DNA of 64,000 nt. It comes from Octopus vulgaris. Its lineage: Eukaryota. The DNA is taken from positions 4,092,001-4,156,000 of the forward strand of contig OX597816.1 of NCBI GenBank assembly GCA_951406725.2, in the 5' to 3' direction. The notes beneath the pieces were generated by a model. That model was not told the DNA's origin. It was given only the letters and a program-made list of their open reading frames with translations, and made no database searches. This document shows, one piece after another, positions 1 to 12,899 of the stretch. Position numbers and translations under genes: made by a program. Each line of letters begins with the position of its first letter. Within the stretch, counting starts at the first letter, position 1.

Positions 1-195
1 AACGGCAGATGAAACACGGCTACGCATTTCGCCCGGCGTGCTAACTGTTCTGCCAGCCCGTCGCCTTAATTTGCATCACTACCCTCGGCGGAATTTGAAC
101 ACAGAACGTAACGGCAGATGAAACACGGCTACGCATTTCGTCCGGCGTGCTAACGGTTCTGCCAGCCCGTCGCCTTAATTTGCATCACTACCCTC
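1..195 (-). mobile_element. SINE-B 5' head, locally duplicated in tandem (period 109 bp, includes ~19 bp of flank)
   Basis: 1-84 recurs near-identically from 110; it is the reverse complement of the tRNA-like head ggcgg..gctggcagaa..gttcaaattccgcc. Confidence 0.8.
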
Positions 196-927
196 TGCGT
201 GTTGAATCCGTTACACGATTTCCGATCATCTTAATATGACGAAATATGCCATCCGGATAGAGATAAATTTATCATAGTATTTTTTCTAATCTGTTTATGC
301 ATTCGTTCGTCAGTTTATCGATCATTGATCTGCGTTTGATTTTGTTATTTATTGGTGTCTATATACCTATAGATACTGTTTAACCTTCGATTCTTTATCT
401 TTTACTTTTATTTCTTTACTGTTACTCACAAAAGAACTTCCGAAATAACAATAAAATTCCGATGTGAAACCATTTTAAAATCTCAGAGTTGAATGTTTTG
501 TTTAAAGATAACATCATCCACACTGTTGTTAATCTCGCTAATAGATTTCATTTTATCCATGTTCTGTCATTTGTTTTGCTTTTGCTGTCTATTAATTGAA
601 TGAGAAATTTGTTCAGGTCGGTTTCTTAAAAGCAATAGGTCTGGTCAATTAAATCAATGTAATATATATATATATACTGCTAGTACTTAGAGACACTAAT
701 GAGCGTCAACAAAACACTAAATATAAAGAAGATTAAACTTGTGATTTCGATAAGAGAGACATACGAGGAATGAAAGAAAAACAGAAAGAGAACAAGACGA
801 CGATAAATACAGATGGGGAAAGAGAGATAGATAGATAGATAGAGAAAGAGAGAGAGAGGGAGAGAGAGGGAAAGAGACAAGAGACAGCGAGAGAAGCATT
901 ATGACTGGTATAGTTAACAAGGAAAAC

Positions 928-1645
928 TACGTTCTGAGTTCAAATTCCACCGAGGTCGACTTTGCCTTTCGTTCTTTCTGGGTCGATTAAATAAGTACCA
1001 GTTACACACTGGGGTCGATATAATCGACTTAATCCGTTTGTCTGTCCTTGTTTGTCCTCTCTGTGTTTAGCTCCTTGTGGGTAGTAAAGAAATAGGTATT
1101 TCACCCCGTTACGTTCTGAGTTCAAATTCCGCCGAGGTCGACTTTGCTTTCATCCTTTCGGGGTCGATTAAATAAGTACCAGTTACACACTGGGATCGAT
1201 ATAATCGACTTAATCCGTTTGTCTGTCCTTGTTTGTCCTCTCTGTGTTTAGCCCCTTGTGGGTAGTAAAGAAATAGGTATTTCACCCGTCGCTACGTTCT
1301 GAGTTCAAATTCCGCCGAGGTCGACTTTGCTTTCATCCTTTCGGGGTCGATTAAATAAGTACCAGTTACGCACTGGGGTCGATATAATCGACTTAATCCG
1401 TTTGTCTGTCCATTGTTTGTCCTCTCTGTGTTTAGCCCCTTGTGGGTAGTAAAGAAATAGGTATTTCACCCGTCGCTACGTTGTGAGTTCAAATTCCGCC
1501 GAGGTCGACTTTGCCTTTCATCCTTTCGGGGTCGATTAAATAAGTACCAGTTACGCACTGGGGTCGATATAATCGACTTAATCCGTTTGTCTGTCCTTGT
1601 TTGTCCCCTCTGTGTTTAGCCCCTTGTGAGCAGTAAAGAAATAGG
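928..1645 (+). mobile_element. SINE-B head-truncated concatemer, ~3.9 units of ~183 bp, inside one 13-bp TSD
   Basis: Units start at 928, 1110, 1293 and 1477; B-box-like GAGTTCAAATTCC; taacaaggaaaac at 915-927 and 1646-1658. Confidence 0.9.
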
Positions 1646-1699
1646 TAACAAGGAAAACAATATGAGAGAAAGTAATCAGGAATTGTTTTCTCGTAGTTA

Positions 1700-1836
1700 A
1701 ATTCGCCGAGGTCGACTTTGCGTTTCGTCCTTTCCAGTTTGATAAATTAATTACCAGCTGCATACTGGGGGTCGATCTAATCGACTGGCCCCCTCCCCCA
1801 AAATTTCCGGCCTTGTGCATAGAGTAGAAAAGATTA
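1700..1836 (+). mobile_element. SINE-B fragment with the alternative (beta) 3' tail
   Basis: gaggtcgactttgc...ggggtcgatctaatcgac followed by ccccaaaatttccggccttgtgcatagagtagaaaag. Confidence 0.8.
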
Positions 1837-2059
1837 TTTTCTCGTAGGTATTTCTTGCATTTAAAACATAAGCAAAACTGCTTAGACATTTTCATATTTC
1901 TATGGCACTTTTTCAATCTTTATTAGATTTATAGTATAGTACTATAGTATAGTACTATAGTACATATAGTATAGAGTATATATAGTATAGTATTATAGTA
2001 TATTTAACTAATATATTAAAACAAATACCAATAGAATATATCGATAATATTATAATATA

Positions 2060-2430
2060 CTCTCTCTTTTACTCTTTTACTTGTTTCAGTCATTTGACTG
2101 CGGCCATGCTGGGGCACCGCCTTTATGCGTGCAAATCGACCCCGGGACTTATTCTTTGTAAGCCCAGTACTTATTCTATCGGTCTCTTTTGCCGAACCGC
2201 TAAGTGACGGGGACGTAAACACACCAGCATCTGTTGTCAAGCAATGCTAGGGGGACAAACACAGACACACAAACACAAACACACACACACACACATATAT
2301 ATATACATATATACGACAGGCTTCTTTCAGTTTCCGTCTACCAAATCCACTCACAAGGCATTGGTCGGCCCGGGGCTATAGCAGAAGACACTTGCCCAAG
2401 ATGCCACGCAGTGGGACTGAACTCGGAACC
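2060..2430 (-). mobile_element. SINE-A (tRNA-derived, CORE-like box, internal TA/TG microsatellite)
   Basis: Reverse complement of the repeat at 24701-25136. Confidence 0.85.
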
Positions 2431-2742
2431 TGCATTAATATACTATACTATACTGCAACGAGCAGACTCTCTTGCTGTACAGAGTTGCGGAAACATTTAT
2501 GGAACTGATTTGCTTCTGACGAATCTGACAATGACAAATGAAGAGCGATTCAACAAATTATTTGCAACGTATACATCTCTGCATGTAGTTTATCAAATGC
2601 TTTGTCAAATGTCACCTTTAAGCAAGTAAATTCACATCCCAATGCAGCAACACGCATTGTGTTTTCACCAATGCTTAGAAATAAATACATATATAATAAT
2701 CCAACAACGATGCTAGACGATGTAAAGAGAAATGATGTAATG

Positions 2743-3175
2743 TAGGAGTGGCTGTGTGGTAAGTAGCTTGCTTACCAACCACATGGCTCCGGGTTCAGTC
2801 CCATTGCGTGGCACCTTGGGCAAGTGTTTTCTGCTATAGCCTCGGGCCGACCAATGCCTTGTGAGTGGATTTGGTAGACGGAAACTGAAAAAAGCCTGTC
2901 GGATATATGTATATATATATGTTTGTGTGTGTGTATATATATATATATGTATGTGTGTGTATGTTTGTGTGTCTGTGTTTGTCCCTCTAGCATTGCTTGA
3001 CAACCGATACTGGTGTGTTTATGTCCCCGTAACTTAGCGGTTCGGCAAAAAGAGACCGATAAAATAAGTACTGGGCTTATAAAGAATAAGTCCCGGGGTC
3101 AAGTTACTCGATTAAATGCGGTGCTCCAGCATGGCCACAGTCAAATGACTGAAACAAGTAAAAGAGAAAGAGAGA
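2743..3175 (+). mobile_element. SINE-A, full length
   Basis: tggctgtgtggtaag (A box), gggttcagtccc (B box), ggcaccttgggcaagtg, internal microsatellite, tail ...gactgaaacaagtaaaagag. Confidence 0.9.
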
Positions 3176-3512
3176 AATGCAGAGGTTGTAAGAAATAATA
3201 CATTATATATTTGCTTGGTCTCCCGTTGAGCGGAATGGTGCAGTGGAAGCGTACTGGGTTCACGCCCCAGGTGTCCGGAGATCAAAACCATCCTCTACGA
3301 AGAAAGGAATATTATTTTTCTTTCTTTTTTGGTACATTGCAGCAGAGTTGTCTACAAATATGCCAGTCATATAGATGTGCTTATACTTACAGGGATATGA
3401 ACAAATGTTATTATGTTGTTGAAATTTATCCAAAGGCATCGACTGACCGGGCTACACCAAAACCCAACGAGCAGAATTAGCAGAGACAGCTTAATACAGA
3501 AGAGAGTATATT

Positions 3513-4179
3513 CGTTTCTAATCTAGGCACAAGGGTCGAAATTTTGGAGGAGGGGGACAGTCGATTAGATCGACTCCAGTATACAACTGGTACTTAATTT
3601 ATCGACCCCGAAAGAATGACAGGCAAAGTCGACCTCGGCAGAATTTAAACTCAGAACGTAAAGACAGGCGAAATATCACAAATCATTGCGCCCGGCATGC
3701 TAACGTTTCTTATTTCTTTATTGCCCACAAGGGGCTAAACATAGAGGGTACAAACAAGGACAGACAAAGAGATTAGGTAGATTACAACGACCCCAGTGTA
3801 TAACTGATGCTTAATTTATTGACCCCGAAAGGATGAAAGGCAAAGTCGACCTCGGCGGAATTTGAACCCAGAACGTAACGGCAGACGAAATACCAGAAAG
3901 CATTTCGCCCGGCGTGCTTACGTTTCTGCCAGCTCGCCGCCTTTAAATATTTTTTTACTACCCACGAGGGGCTAAACACAGAGGGGACAAACAAAGACAG
4001 ACAAAGGATTAAGTCGATTATATTGACCCCAGTGCGTAACTGGTACTTAATTTATCGACCCCGAAAAGATGAAAGGCAAAGTCGACCTCGGCGGAATTTG
4101 AACTTAGAACGTAACGGCAGACGAAATACCAGAAAGCATTTCGCCCGGCCTGCTGACGATTCTGCGAACTCGCCGCCTT
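3513..4179 (-). mobile_element. SINE-B trimer or nest bounded by a 15-bp TSD
   Basis: Three SINE-B units; agaagagagtatatt at 3498-3512 and 4180-4194. Confidence 0.85.
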
Positions 4180-5142
4180 AGAAGAGAGTATATTAACAAT
4201 GTAAAGAACACACTGCACTATTGTACGCGTCATCAGAGATTCATTCTGGCTCTGAAAACCGCTTCACCTTTGTTGTAGGAGTAGCTTAAAAATAATTAAT
4301 CAGCAGAAAATGTGAAGATAATTTCATTTCCTTTCACAGTCCAGCGATCGGAAATGGAATCTCTCTCTTTCCCGTCTTCCATGTTCATATCAACGTAAAA
4401 CTCCACACAATGCCCTCTCTTCCGTTTTCGCTTTTCTTTGTAAGTATCCCTGCTTGAAGATTTCTTCTGCCATAATTGAGATGCAAAAATCTGTCTAGAG
4501 CTGATGTTTATATCGAGGCAAGATGTATGATTATTTCAAGTTGCAGCTAAAACCCAAATGCGCTGTGAATTGTGCATCGTCAAATGTTGCTAAGCCGCCA
4601 TCATTATCCGAGAAACAAAAAATTCATGTTTCAATGTTTTGAATTTTCAGAAAGTAAGTCGTTTCAGTTTTAAAATTACGAATGAATGATACAGCAGCAT
4701 TTTATCGAAATGAATTTATCTGAAAATTAATCAATACTTAATTTATTAAAACTTATTGGAAATTCCAGCTGTAATATTCTCCTTATTAATAGTGACACTG
4801 AACACCATATTTCTGAAAGACGATACTCGATTTTCTTCAAGATATGAGAAAAATGGTTGCATTAATAAATATATTACATTATTGGTAGGGAGTGGCGGTT
4901 AATGTTATCATTTTTAACCGTTTACTTCTCTCATGTGATTTCTGCGATTCATTAATAAATGTACTTATATTTTCGTAAATAAGGACTTTCCAATGATTTC
5001 TCATACATTTTCGTAAATATGTAAGTATCTAAGTATGTTATTAAAGCGAGTATTGCTGTCGCTACTCTGTAATCACTTTAACTAAATCGTACTGTATTAT
5101 CATCGTATTATTCATAATAGATACACTTTTTCGAATTTCTAC

Positions 5143-5306
5143 GCGCAGGAGTGGCTGTGTGGGAAGTAGCTTGCTAACCAACCACATGGTTCCGGGTTCA
5201 GTCGCACTGCATGGCATCTTGGGCAAGTGTCTTCTGCTATAGCCCCGGGCCGACCAATGCCTTGTGAGTGGATTTGGTAGACGGAAACTGAAAGAAGCCT
5301 GTCGTC

Positions 5307-5366
<60 letters not shown>

Positions 5367-5573
5367 GTGTGTCTGTGTTTGTCTCACTAGCATTGCTTGA
5401 CAACCGATGCTGGTGTGTTTACGTCTCCGTCACTTAGCGGTTCGGCAAAAGCGGCCGATAGAATAAGTACTGGGCTTACAAAGAATAAGTCCGCGGGTCG
5501 ATTTGCTCGACTAAAGGCGGTGCTCCAGCATGGCCGCAGTCAAATGACAGAAACAAGTAAAAGAGTAAAGAGT
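5143..5573 (+). mobile_element. SINE-A, full length
   Basis: Same consensus as 2743-3175. Confidence 0.9.
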
Positions 5574-5769
5574 AATGCCAACTATATAAATATATATATT
5601 GATAAAAACCCATTTTGAATGAGAATAATTAAACAATGCAATCATTTTGCCTTTCATAAGAACATTACCAACGTCAGGTGAACCGACATTAAATATGAAT
5701 CGAAGAACAAACCTCGTTGGGCACTTAGATTGCGTTCAGGTTTTCAACCACACATCCTCTAAACATTGA

Positions 5770-5975
5770 TTTCAGATTTTGGCACAAGGCCAGCAATATC
5801 CGAGGAGGGGGTGAGTCAATTACATCAACTCTAATGTTCAATTGGTACTTATTCTATCGACCCCGAAAGGATGAAAAGCAAAGTCGACCTCAGCGGGATT
5901 TGAACTCAGAACGTAAAGACGGACGAAACGTCACCTAGCATTTTGACCGACATACTAGCGATTTTGCCAGCTCGT
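5770..5975 (-). mobile_element. SINE-B (beta tail), diverged
   Basis: tcgaccccgaaaggatgaaaagcaaagtcgacctc...tttgaactcagaacgta. Confidence 0.8.
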
Positions 5976-7814
5976 TTTCTTTTATATCCTCTAAATATTT
6001 AGAAAGCAGTTCATTAAATAGATACAATTTTGTGTAAATAGATGTAAATTGCTGTATTCAGAGATAAAATGGAGCTCATACAAGCATTTACATACGAACT
6101 GAAATTAATATTAATCAACATTGTGCTGTTAATGAAACCGCAATTTTAGATTCAGCACAATGTACAAGAGACAAAACGATAGTCCTAGAGTGTTAAGGCT
6201 TCATATACATAATTTCATTACTTAAGATATGATGTGGAATAAAATTGAATCTGAAGAACATTAACGATATATTAAATCGAAGCCTGGAGGCAAAACCTGA
6301 AGCACTACTCATAAATATTAATGTAGAAACACGAGGTTAAAGATGCTGTATTATACGATGATAGCTAGAAAGGAAACCCAAGAGAGCAGATTACTGTATG
6401 AAGATGATAATGTATTACAATATTATAGACAAATGCATCAGTAACCACCTGAAAAATTAATCAGCTTTCATCTGAGAATTACCAAAACATTATAGTATTG
6501 ATTATGGATTAGAAAGACAAAATATGAACAAGATTATGTCTGTAGAAGAAGACGAGCGATTAGCTGTTCAGTTAAAGTAATCCTTGAAATAATTCTTAAG
6601 TCGTGTATGAAAGACATTCACAGCGCATGCGTTATATTTCGTTGGTTACTCTGTTAGAGTACAATGTATACCAAAACATGCTGGCCCACAATTTGACACA
6701 TCTACTCTGATGCCGGCCAAAATAGCTATTTATAGATATGTATATCATTTAATGTACAAAGTATAAAAACACGAGCTACGAATAGTTTCTTGCACTGGAG
6801 ACACAATGCTTATAAAAAGCTGCCTAGACCCGTGTCTTCAGACAAGTAACTATCAGTAACTCATATCTTTATACTTCGTATATTAAATGATATTTATCTC
6901 TCACTGCATGAAGTACTTTTTTGTTGATCTTACTTTAACAGGAATTCCGTGTGGTTAAAATAATGACAAAAAATGAAATACTGTTCGTTTGAATCCTTCC
7001 TTTGTACACTCGTTTCAATAATATTTTATCCACAAAACCACTTCTTCAGCTAAATATATCAAACTATGACTACAGACATTTAATACCACCTTTATGTAAC
7101 CAAAATGTGCCGAAATGTAAAAGCAGATTAACGGATTAAATACAAAATCAGGATCAAATTGCCAAATACAAAAATACGAAATTACAAAAGAAAAAAAAAT
7201 TAAATAAATAAAAAATATAATATGAGCAATAACAATAGCACTAACAGTAACATCTAGTGATTGTTTAATAAAAGATATATAACTATATCAAGTTGATAGG
7301 ACAATTTACATCCGGTTTAGCGGTTTGAAATTACAACTATATTGGGATACAAAGACCATAAATTCATGATCGCTTGAGTTAGAGCCGAATCGAGGTTAGG
7401 CTAGAGGGCGACAGGGGAAGAGTTATTGACAAGATTTATTACTCGCAGTGACATCAAAATTTATGCTGCTTGTCAGATGGTCCAACGGAACCATCTCGTT
7501 CCTTTGCGCGCCCTTCTCCCCGATAGTTCGATGTCTGTTACCACCAGACAGCTTGTCGGGTCTGGCTGCTGGAACAGAAACACGACTCTGTTGGAAGGTA
7601 GGGTCTAAAGAGAGTGCGGGCCAAAAGTATGCGCCCTTCCCCTCTATTAGTCAGTAGATTGTGTCACGTGACAGTTAGCCGGCACTGGCTGTTGGATCCT
7701 ACCGGCGTGTATTTAGAAGAAGATTTGGCGGGGTGGTCATTCGCCCGCTGACATTCATTGACGCTGCATCGAAGAAGCCAAAGAACAAACGGCCAAAGAA
7801 ATAGGGAAAAAAAT

Positions 7815-7975
7815 ACACTCAACGCCAGAGCTGAAGACACCCCCGAAAGAGGGTACCCTGCTACGTTGAAAACCGTAGAGGAGTAGGGACCGAAACCGGA
7901 CGTGGTTCCTCCCGATGATGTCCTTAGCCACAGGATCCTATGAAGGAACTGTTGAGGTAGCCAACCACGAAACGT
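7815..7975 (+). repeat. GC-richer dispersed repeat with an inverted copy at 9445-9612
   Basis: gtagaggagtagggaccgaaaccggacgtggttcctcc is the exact reverse complement of sequence near 9508-9547. Confidence 0.85.
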
Positions 7976-8367
7976 GGTTGGACATTTCTCCATTACGGTG
8001 CCAAATGCACACATTCCATTCCCACAATAAGACGCATACATATAAACACGTTTGCACAGAGGCATCCCGACATTTATATGCAGACCCATACCCACACATA
8101 CGGACAAGCTAACGTGCAGATACACCTACGCAAACAAACCAGCTAAGTACTTATAATTATGTACGCAAAGCATGAGGTATTTATTTAGCGTGGTATATAT
8201 TTTATCGACAAACAATTAAACAACATATATACACATGGACTGTAGACATTTAACAATAAACAGGTAAGTCAAACAACATAAAACTGAAATGATGCAATTT
8301 TTGTGATAGAGCTACCAAAGCTATATTGATTGAATTTCGATCTATCAACTTCAAAACTAAATATGTA

Positions 8368-8468
8368 CTACTACCCCGAGTTACACGTTCCTGTTCGTCG
8401 GTAGAAAGATGGTAGTAAACAATCAAAACTATCGGACGAATGGGAACGTGAAACTCTGAGTATCAGTT
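8368..8468. ncRNA. Degenerate inverted pair of hammerhead motifs (family of 14114-14207)
   Basis: Plus strand: actat CGGACGA atg-ggaa-cgt GAAA ctc-t-gag TA tcagt; decayed mirror copy at 8368-8404. Confidence 0.6.
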
Positions 8469-8509
8469 TTTTGTGATGTTTTTGTAGCTATAATAATAAA
8501 GTATATATA

Positions 8510-8697
8510 GGCGCAGGAGTGGCTGTGTGGTAAGAAGCTTGCTTCCCAACCACATGGTTCCGGGTTCAGTGCCACTACGTTGCACCATAGATAAATATCT
8601 TCTTCTATAGCCTTGGGCCGACCAAAGTCTTGTGAGTGGATTTGGTAGACGGAAACTGAAAGAAGCTCGTTGTATGTATGTATATATATATATATAA

Positions 8698-8758
<61 letters not shown>

Positions 8759-9400
8759 TATTTATATGTATATATTTGTGTGTCTGTGTTTGTCCCCCCG
8801 CCATCACTTGACAACCGATGTTGGTGTGTTTATGTCCCCGTAACTTAGTGATTCGGGTATTCGGCTCTCGGTCGTGAGTTTGATTGCCGGACGGGTGTTG
8901 TGTCCTTGAGCAAGACTTTTTGTTTCACGTTACTCCAGCCCACTCAGCTGGCAAGTGTGAGTAGGACCTGAATTTCCAAGTGCCAGCCTTGTCACACTCT
9001 GTGTCATGTTGAATTTCTTTGAGAAACTACGTTAAGGATACAGGTATCCGTGGGGTACTCAACCACATGCACATTAATCTCACGAGCAGGCTGTTCCATT
9101 GTTTAGATCAACTGGAATCCTCGTTGTGCTAGCTATATATAGATATGTATGTGTGTGTGTGTGTGTGTGTGTATGTGTGTGTGAGTTTGTGTCAGTGTGT
9201 TCGTCCACCACCGCTTGACAACCAGTGTTGGTGTGTTTACGTCCTCGTAACTTAGCGGCTCGGCAAAATATAGCGACAGAAGACAGCTATCAAGCTTTAA
9301 AATAAGTACTGGGCTCGATTCATTTGAAAAAAAAACATCACATTCTTTAAGGCGGTGCCCCAACTTGGCCGCAGTCTAATGACTGAAACAAGTAAAAGAA
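8510..9400 (+). mobile_element. SINE-A / SINE-F-C chimera / SINE-A tail cluster
   Basis: SINE-A 8510-8855; gtgtccttgagcaagac..ccactcagctg plus C-type 3' half 8856-9130; A-type 3' half 9135-9400. Confidence 0.75.
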
Positions 9401-10009
9401 AAAATTGAAGAAGTATCTGATCTCCACCTCGAGAAATTACAACCGTGCTTCGTGGTCTGCTACCACAACAGCTCCTTTATAGGATCCAGTTAGCTCAAGA
9501 CATCATCAGGAGGAACCACGTCCGGTTTCGGTCCCTACTCCTCTACCGTTTTGACGTGGCGCCCCACCTCACCATACTTTCGGAGGTGTCTTCAGCTTTG
9601 GTGTTGGGTGCATGTCTTCTTTCTCCTTTCTTCTGTTCCCTGGCCTCTTCGAATCTGAATGGACTTCTAAGCTCTTTACTATTTCACGTGTTGCTTACAC
9701 TTGCGATTTTGAAAACTCATTTGAAACTCGGTCGTGCTTCCACAATGCTTATCTCTCTTGCCTATATATTCATACTTAAAACATATCAACGTCCAATTGT
9801 CCTGTTATATCTCGTGTCATTATAACCTCACTATACAGTCGCTTTATTAATTTATAATTATTTTGCAAGCAGATACTACGATTCAATCAATATAACTTTG
9901 CTACGTATATGAAAAACTATCTTCGTAGGTAATATTTCTGCCGTTTGGGGTTAATTACATATTTAATTAGAGATCAACCTGGGACTATTGCCTGTGTAAT
10001 CCATACTCT

Positions 10010-10031
10010 TTTATTATTATTATTATTAATA

Positions 10032-10129
<98 letters not shown>

Positions 10130-10138
10130 GTTATTATT
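10010..10138. repeat. (TTA)n microsatellite
   Basis: Direct reading; source of the poly-Leu ORF. Confidence 0.95.
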
Positions 10139-10946
10139 TCTGTATTTTGTTTTATTGGTTCAGAGCATATATTTTATTCTTCGTTTTGTTTTATTCGTAT
10201 CCTTATTGTTATTTAGATCTGATAGTATGTAAGAGTGACACTAGAAACCTTTCGCCATAGTTCAATAACCTCGGCTGATGAGAAATATGTAAACCTTTTG
10301 AAGCGTGTCTTACCAATGAAGGATTCGAAATAACAATTCATTGCCTCCTGTCATTATTTCATTTGTATTCGGCTCTATTCCTCCGGTTATAACTTTAGGA
10401 ATGTGCAATATTATATTTGGTATATGCGTGCAATATCCGAGTAGCAGAGTTTAACCTGTCACATATATAATAAAGAATCCATGCATGGTAATGAGCCGTG
10501 TACCTTATGAACGCACGCATACACACATCACACACACACATACACATACATATATATATATTATGTACCCATATATGCATATATATATACATACACATAC
10601 ACACACACATAAATATATATGCGTTTTTTAACGTTTTTCTACTCGTCTCTATTTCGTGATTTTTCCTGCACAAGTGTCTTGATTGTCAAATAAATAGGGT
10701 ATGGGCTCAGAGCTCGGAGATTGCTTGGAGACACAAAGCCAAGCCTGTTATAAAAACCTGCCCAAACTTATATCCCCAAGGCATGAAACTATTGGTAGCT
10801 CGTATGCTGGTTATTGCGTGGAAATCTCGCAATTGAGTGTCACATATGGGCGGGGATAAAAAGTCCTTTGCCCTTAATTTATAAGAAAATGGAGAGGATA
10901 CCAAAACGACATACATCAGTCGGTAGACATTCTAATTTCTTATTTG

Positions 10947-11004
<58 letters not shown>

Positions 11005-11147
11005 GAATAAAAGAAAGAATGGAGTTGAACGAAGATGTTAACAAAATTCCTTTACTCTCGACACATGTTAAACGAATTTTCTATGCTGACGATAAACATA
11101 GGATAATTCATTCACCTACTTATATATATATATATATATATATAGAA

Positions 11148-11515
11148 ATGGAAGCACTCCGTCGGTTACGACGACGAGGGTTCCGGTTGATCCGAATCAA
11201 CGGAACAGCCTGCTCGTGAAATTAACGTGTAAGTGGCTGAGCACTCCACAGACACGTGTACCCTTAACGTAGTTCTCGGGGATATTCAGCGTGACACAGA
11301 GAGTGACAAGGCCGGCCCTTTGAAATACAGGTACAACAGAAACAGGAAGTAACAGTGAGAGAAAGTTGTGGTGAAAGAGTACAGCAGGGATCAGCACCAT
11401 CCCCTGGCGGAGCCTCGTGGAACTTTAGGTGTTTTCGCTCAATAATCACTGGGAATCGAAATCGCGATCCTATGACCGCGAGTCCGCTGCCCTAACCACT
11501 GGGCCATTGCGCCTC

Positions 11516-11517
<2 letters not shown>
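11148..11517 (-). mobile_element. SINE-C (tRNA-derived), near full length
   Basis: Minus strand ggaggcgcaatggcccagtggttagggcagcggactcgcgg...ggtttcgattccc-like head; 3' end ccctcgtcgtcgtaaccgacggagtgc. Confidence 0.9.
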
Positions 11518-11612
<95 letters not shown>

Positions 11613-11702
11613 AGTTAATCCAAACATGAAAACACAACAATGCGAGGACGTGGAACAAGTATAGTGTTATTCGACGTCCAGGAAAGGAAAGAAAGAAGGA
11701 GG

Positions 11703-11737
11703 ATTTAACGTTTCGAGCGGAGCTCTTCTTCAGAAAC
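11703..11737 (-). ncRNA. Minimal type I hammerhead motif in a short element (11612-11745) next to (TA)n
   Basis: gttt CTGAAGA a-gagc-tcc-gctc GAAA cg TT aaat; stem III is the palindrome AACGTT. Confidence 0.7.
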
Positions 11738-12139
11738 ATAGGAATATATATATATATATAATGAAAATAAATGAAAAGCAAATGAGAAACTAATGCTTGC
11801 TTTCCAGTGTAACATATTCACAGAACAAATTTAAGGCAATGTAATATATGGCAGGTTTTATAATTGCACTTTCATAAATTTTGATAACATTTGAAAGTAA
11901 TCTGAAAAAATTTCGTTGTAATTCGAGATTAACGTTTCAAATTTTCAGGCAGCTGTATTGTTGCGTGCTGTGTCTCTAAATATCGAAATATTTACAGTAG
12001 TATTCGTGTTTAACTCTTGTAGTGGCAATTAAGGAGTAGATATAGAGAAAAATAATTCGATATTTAGTGCATAAGGATAACCAATGTATGAAAAAATGTG
12101 GAGATAACTTTCGGCATTTTCAATCTAAAATGGAGTTTC

Positions 12140-12520
12140 TTCTCTAGGCACAAGGCCCGAAATTTTTATATAGGAGGCCAGTCAATTAGATTGACCCCAG
12201 TACGCAACTGGTACTCAATTTAGGATGAAAGGCAATGACGACATCGGCGGAATTTGAACTCAGAACGTAACGGCAGACGAAATACCTATTTCTTTACTAT
12301 CCACAAGGGATTAAACACAGAAGGGACAAAGAAGGACAGATAAACAGATTAAATCGATTATATCGACACCAGTGCATAACTGGTACTTAATTTATCGACT
12401 CCGAAGGGATGAAAGGCAAAGTCGACCTGGGCGAAATTTGAACTCAGAACGTAGCGGCAGATGAAATACGGCTACGCATTTCGCCCGGCGTGCTAACGGT
12501 TCTGCCAGCTCGCCGCCTTA
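12140..12520 (-). mobile_element. SINE-B dimer (full alpha unit plus head-truncated beta unit)
   Basis: Junction gaaatacctatttc at ~12279-12292. Confidence 0.85.
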
Positions 12521-12827
12521 GTTTCAACACAATATTAACATTATCTTTTATTGCATTATGTGCCTGCTTCGAAATAGCCTCCACCCCACCCAAAAACGCA
12601 GTTCTCGTTTATATATATAGCTTTCGTTCTGCAAACAAGTCAAACAGTAATCAAAACAAGATATAAAAAAAATTTAATCGGCTGAAATCACAACGTGACA
12701 ACAACACGGAGCGTTCGATAAGTATTATGAACGGCCCCTGATAAGTATTATGAACGGCCCCTGAGTCATATTTTAACTGCTGCCGATTCAGTACACATGT
12801 CTACAACATATATACAAACATGTAGGC

Positions 12828-12872
<45 letters not shown>

Positions 12873-12899
12873 CATACACACATATATGTATATATATAT

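Noticed and set aside
2234-2629. Recurrent protein family '[13 protein letters not shown]'
   Set aside because: Antisense translation of SINE-A copies
10270-10350. Hammerhead (CTGATGAgaa...ttcGAAA)
   Set aside because: No convincing stem I or stem III pairing
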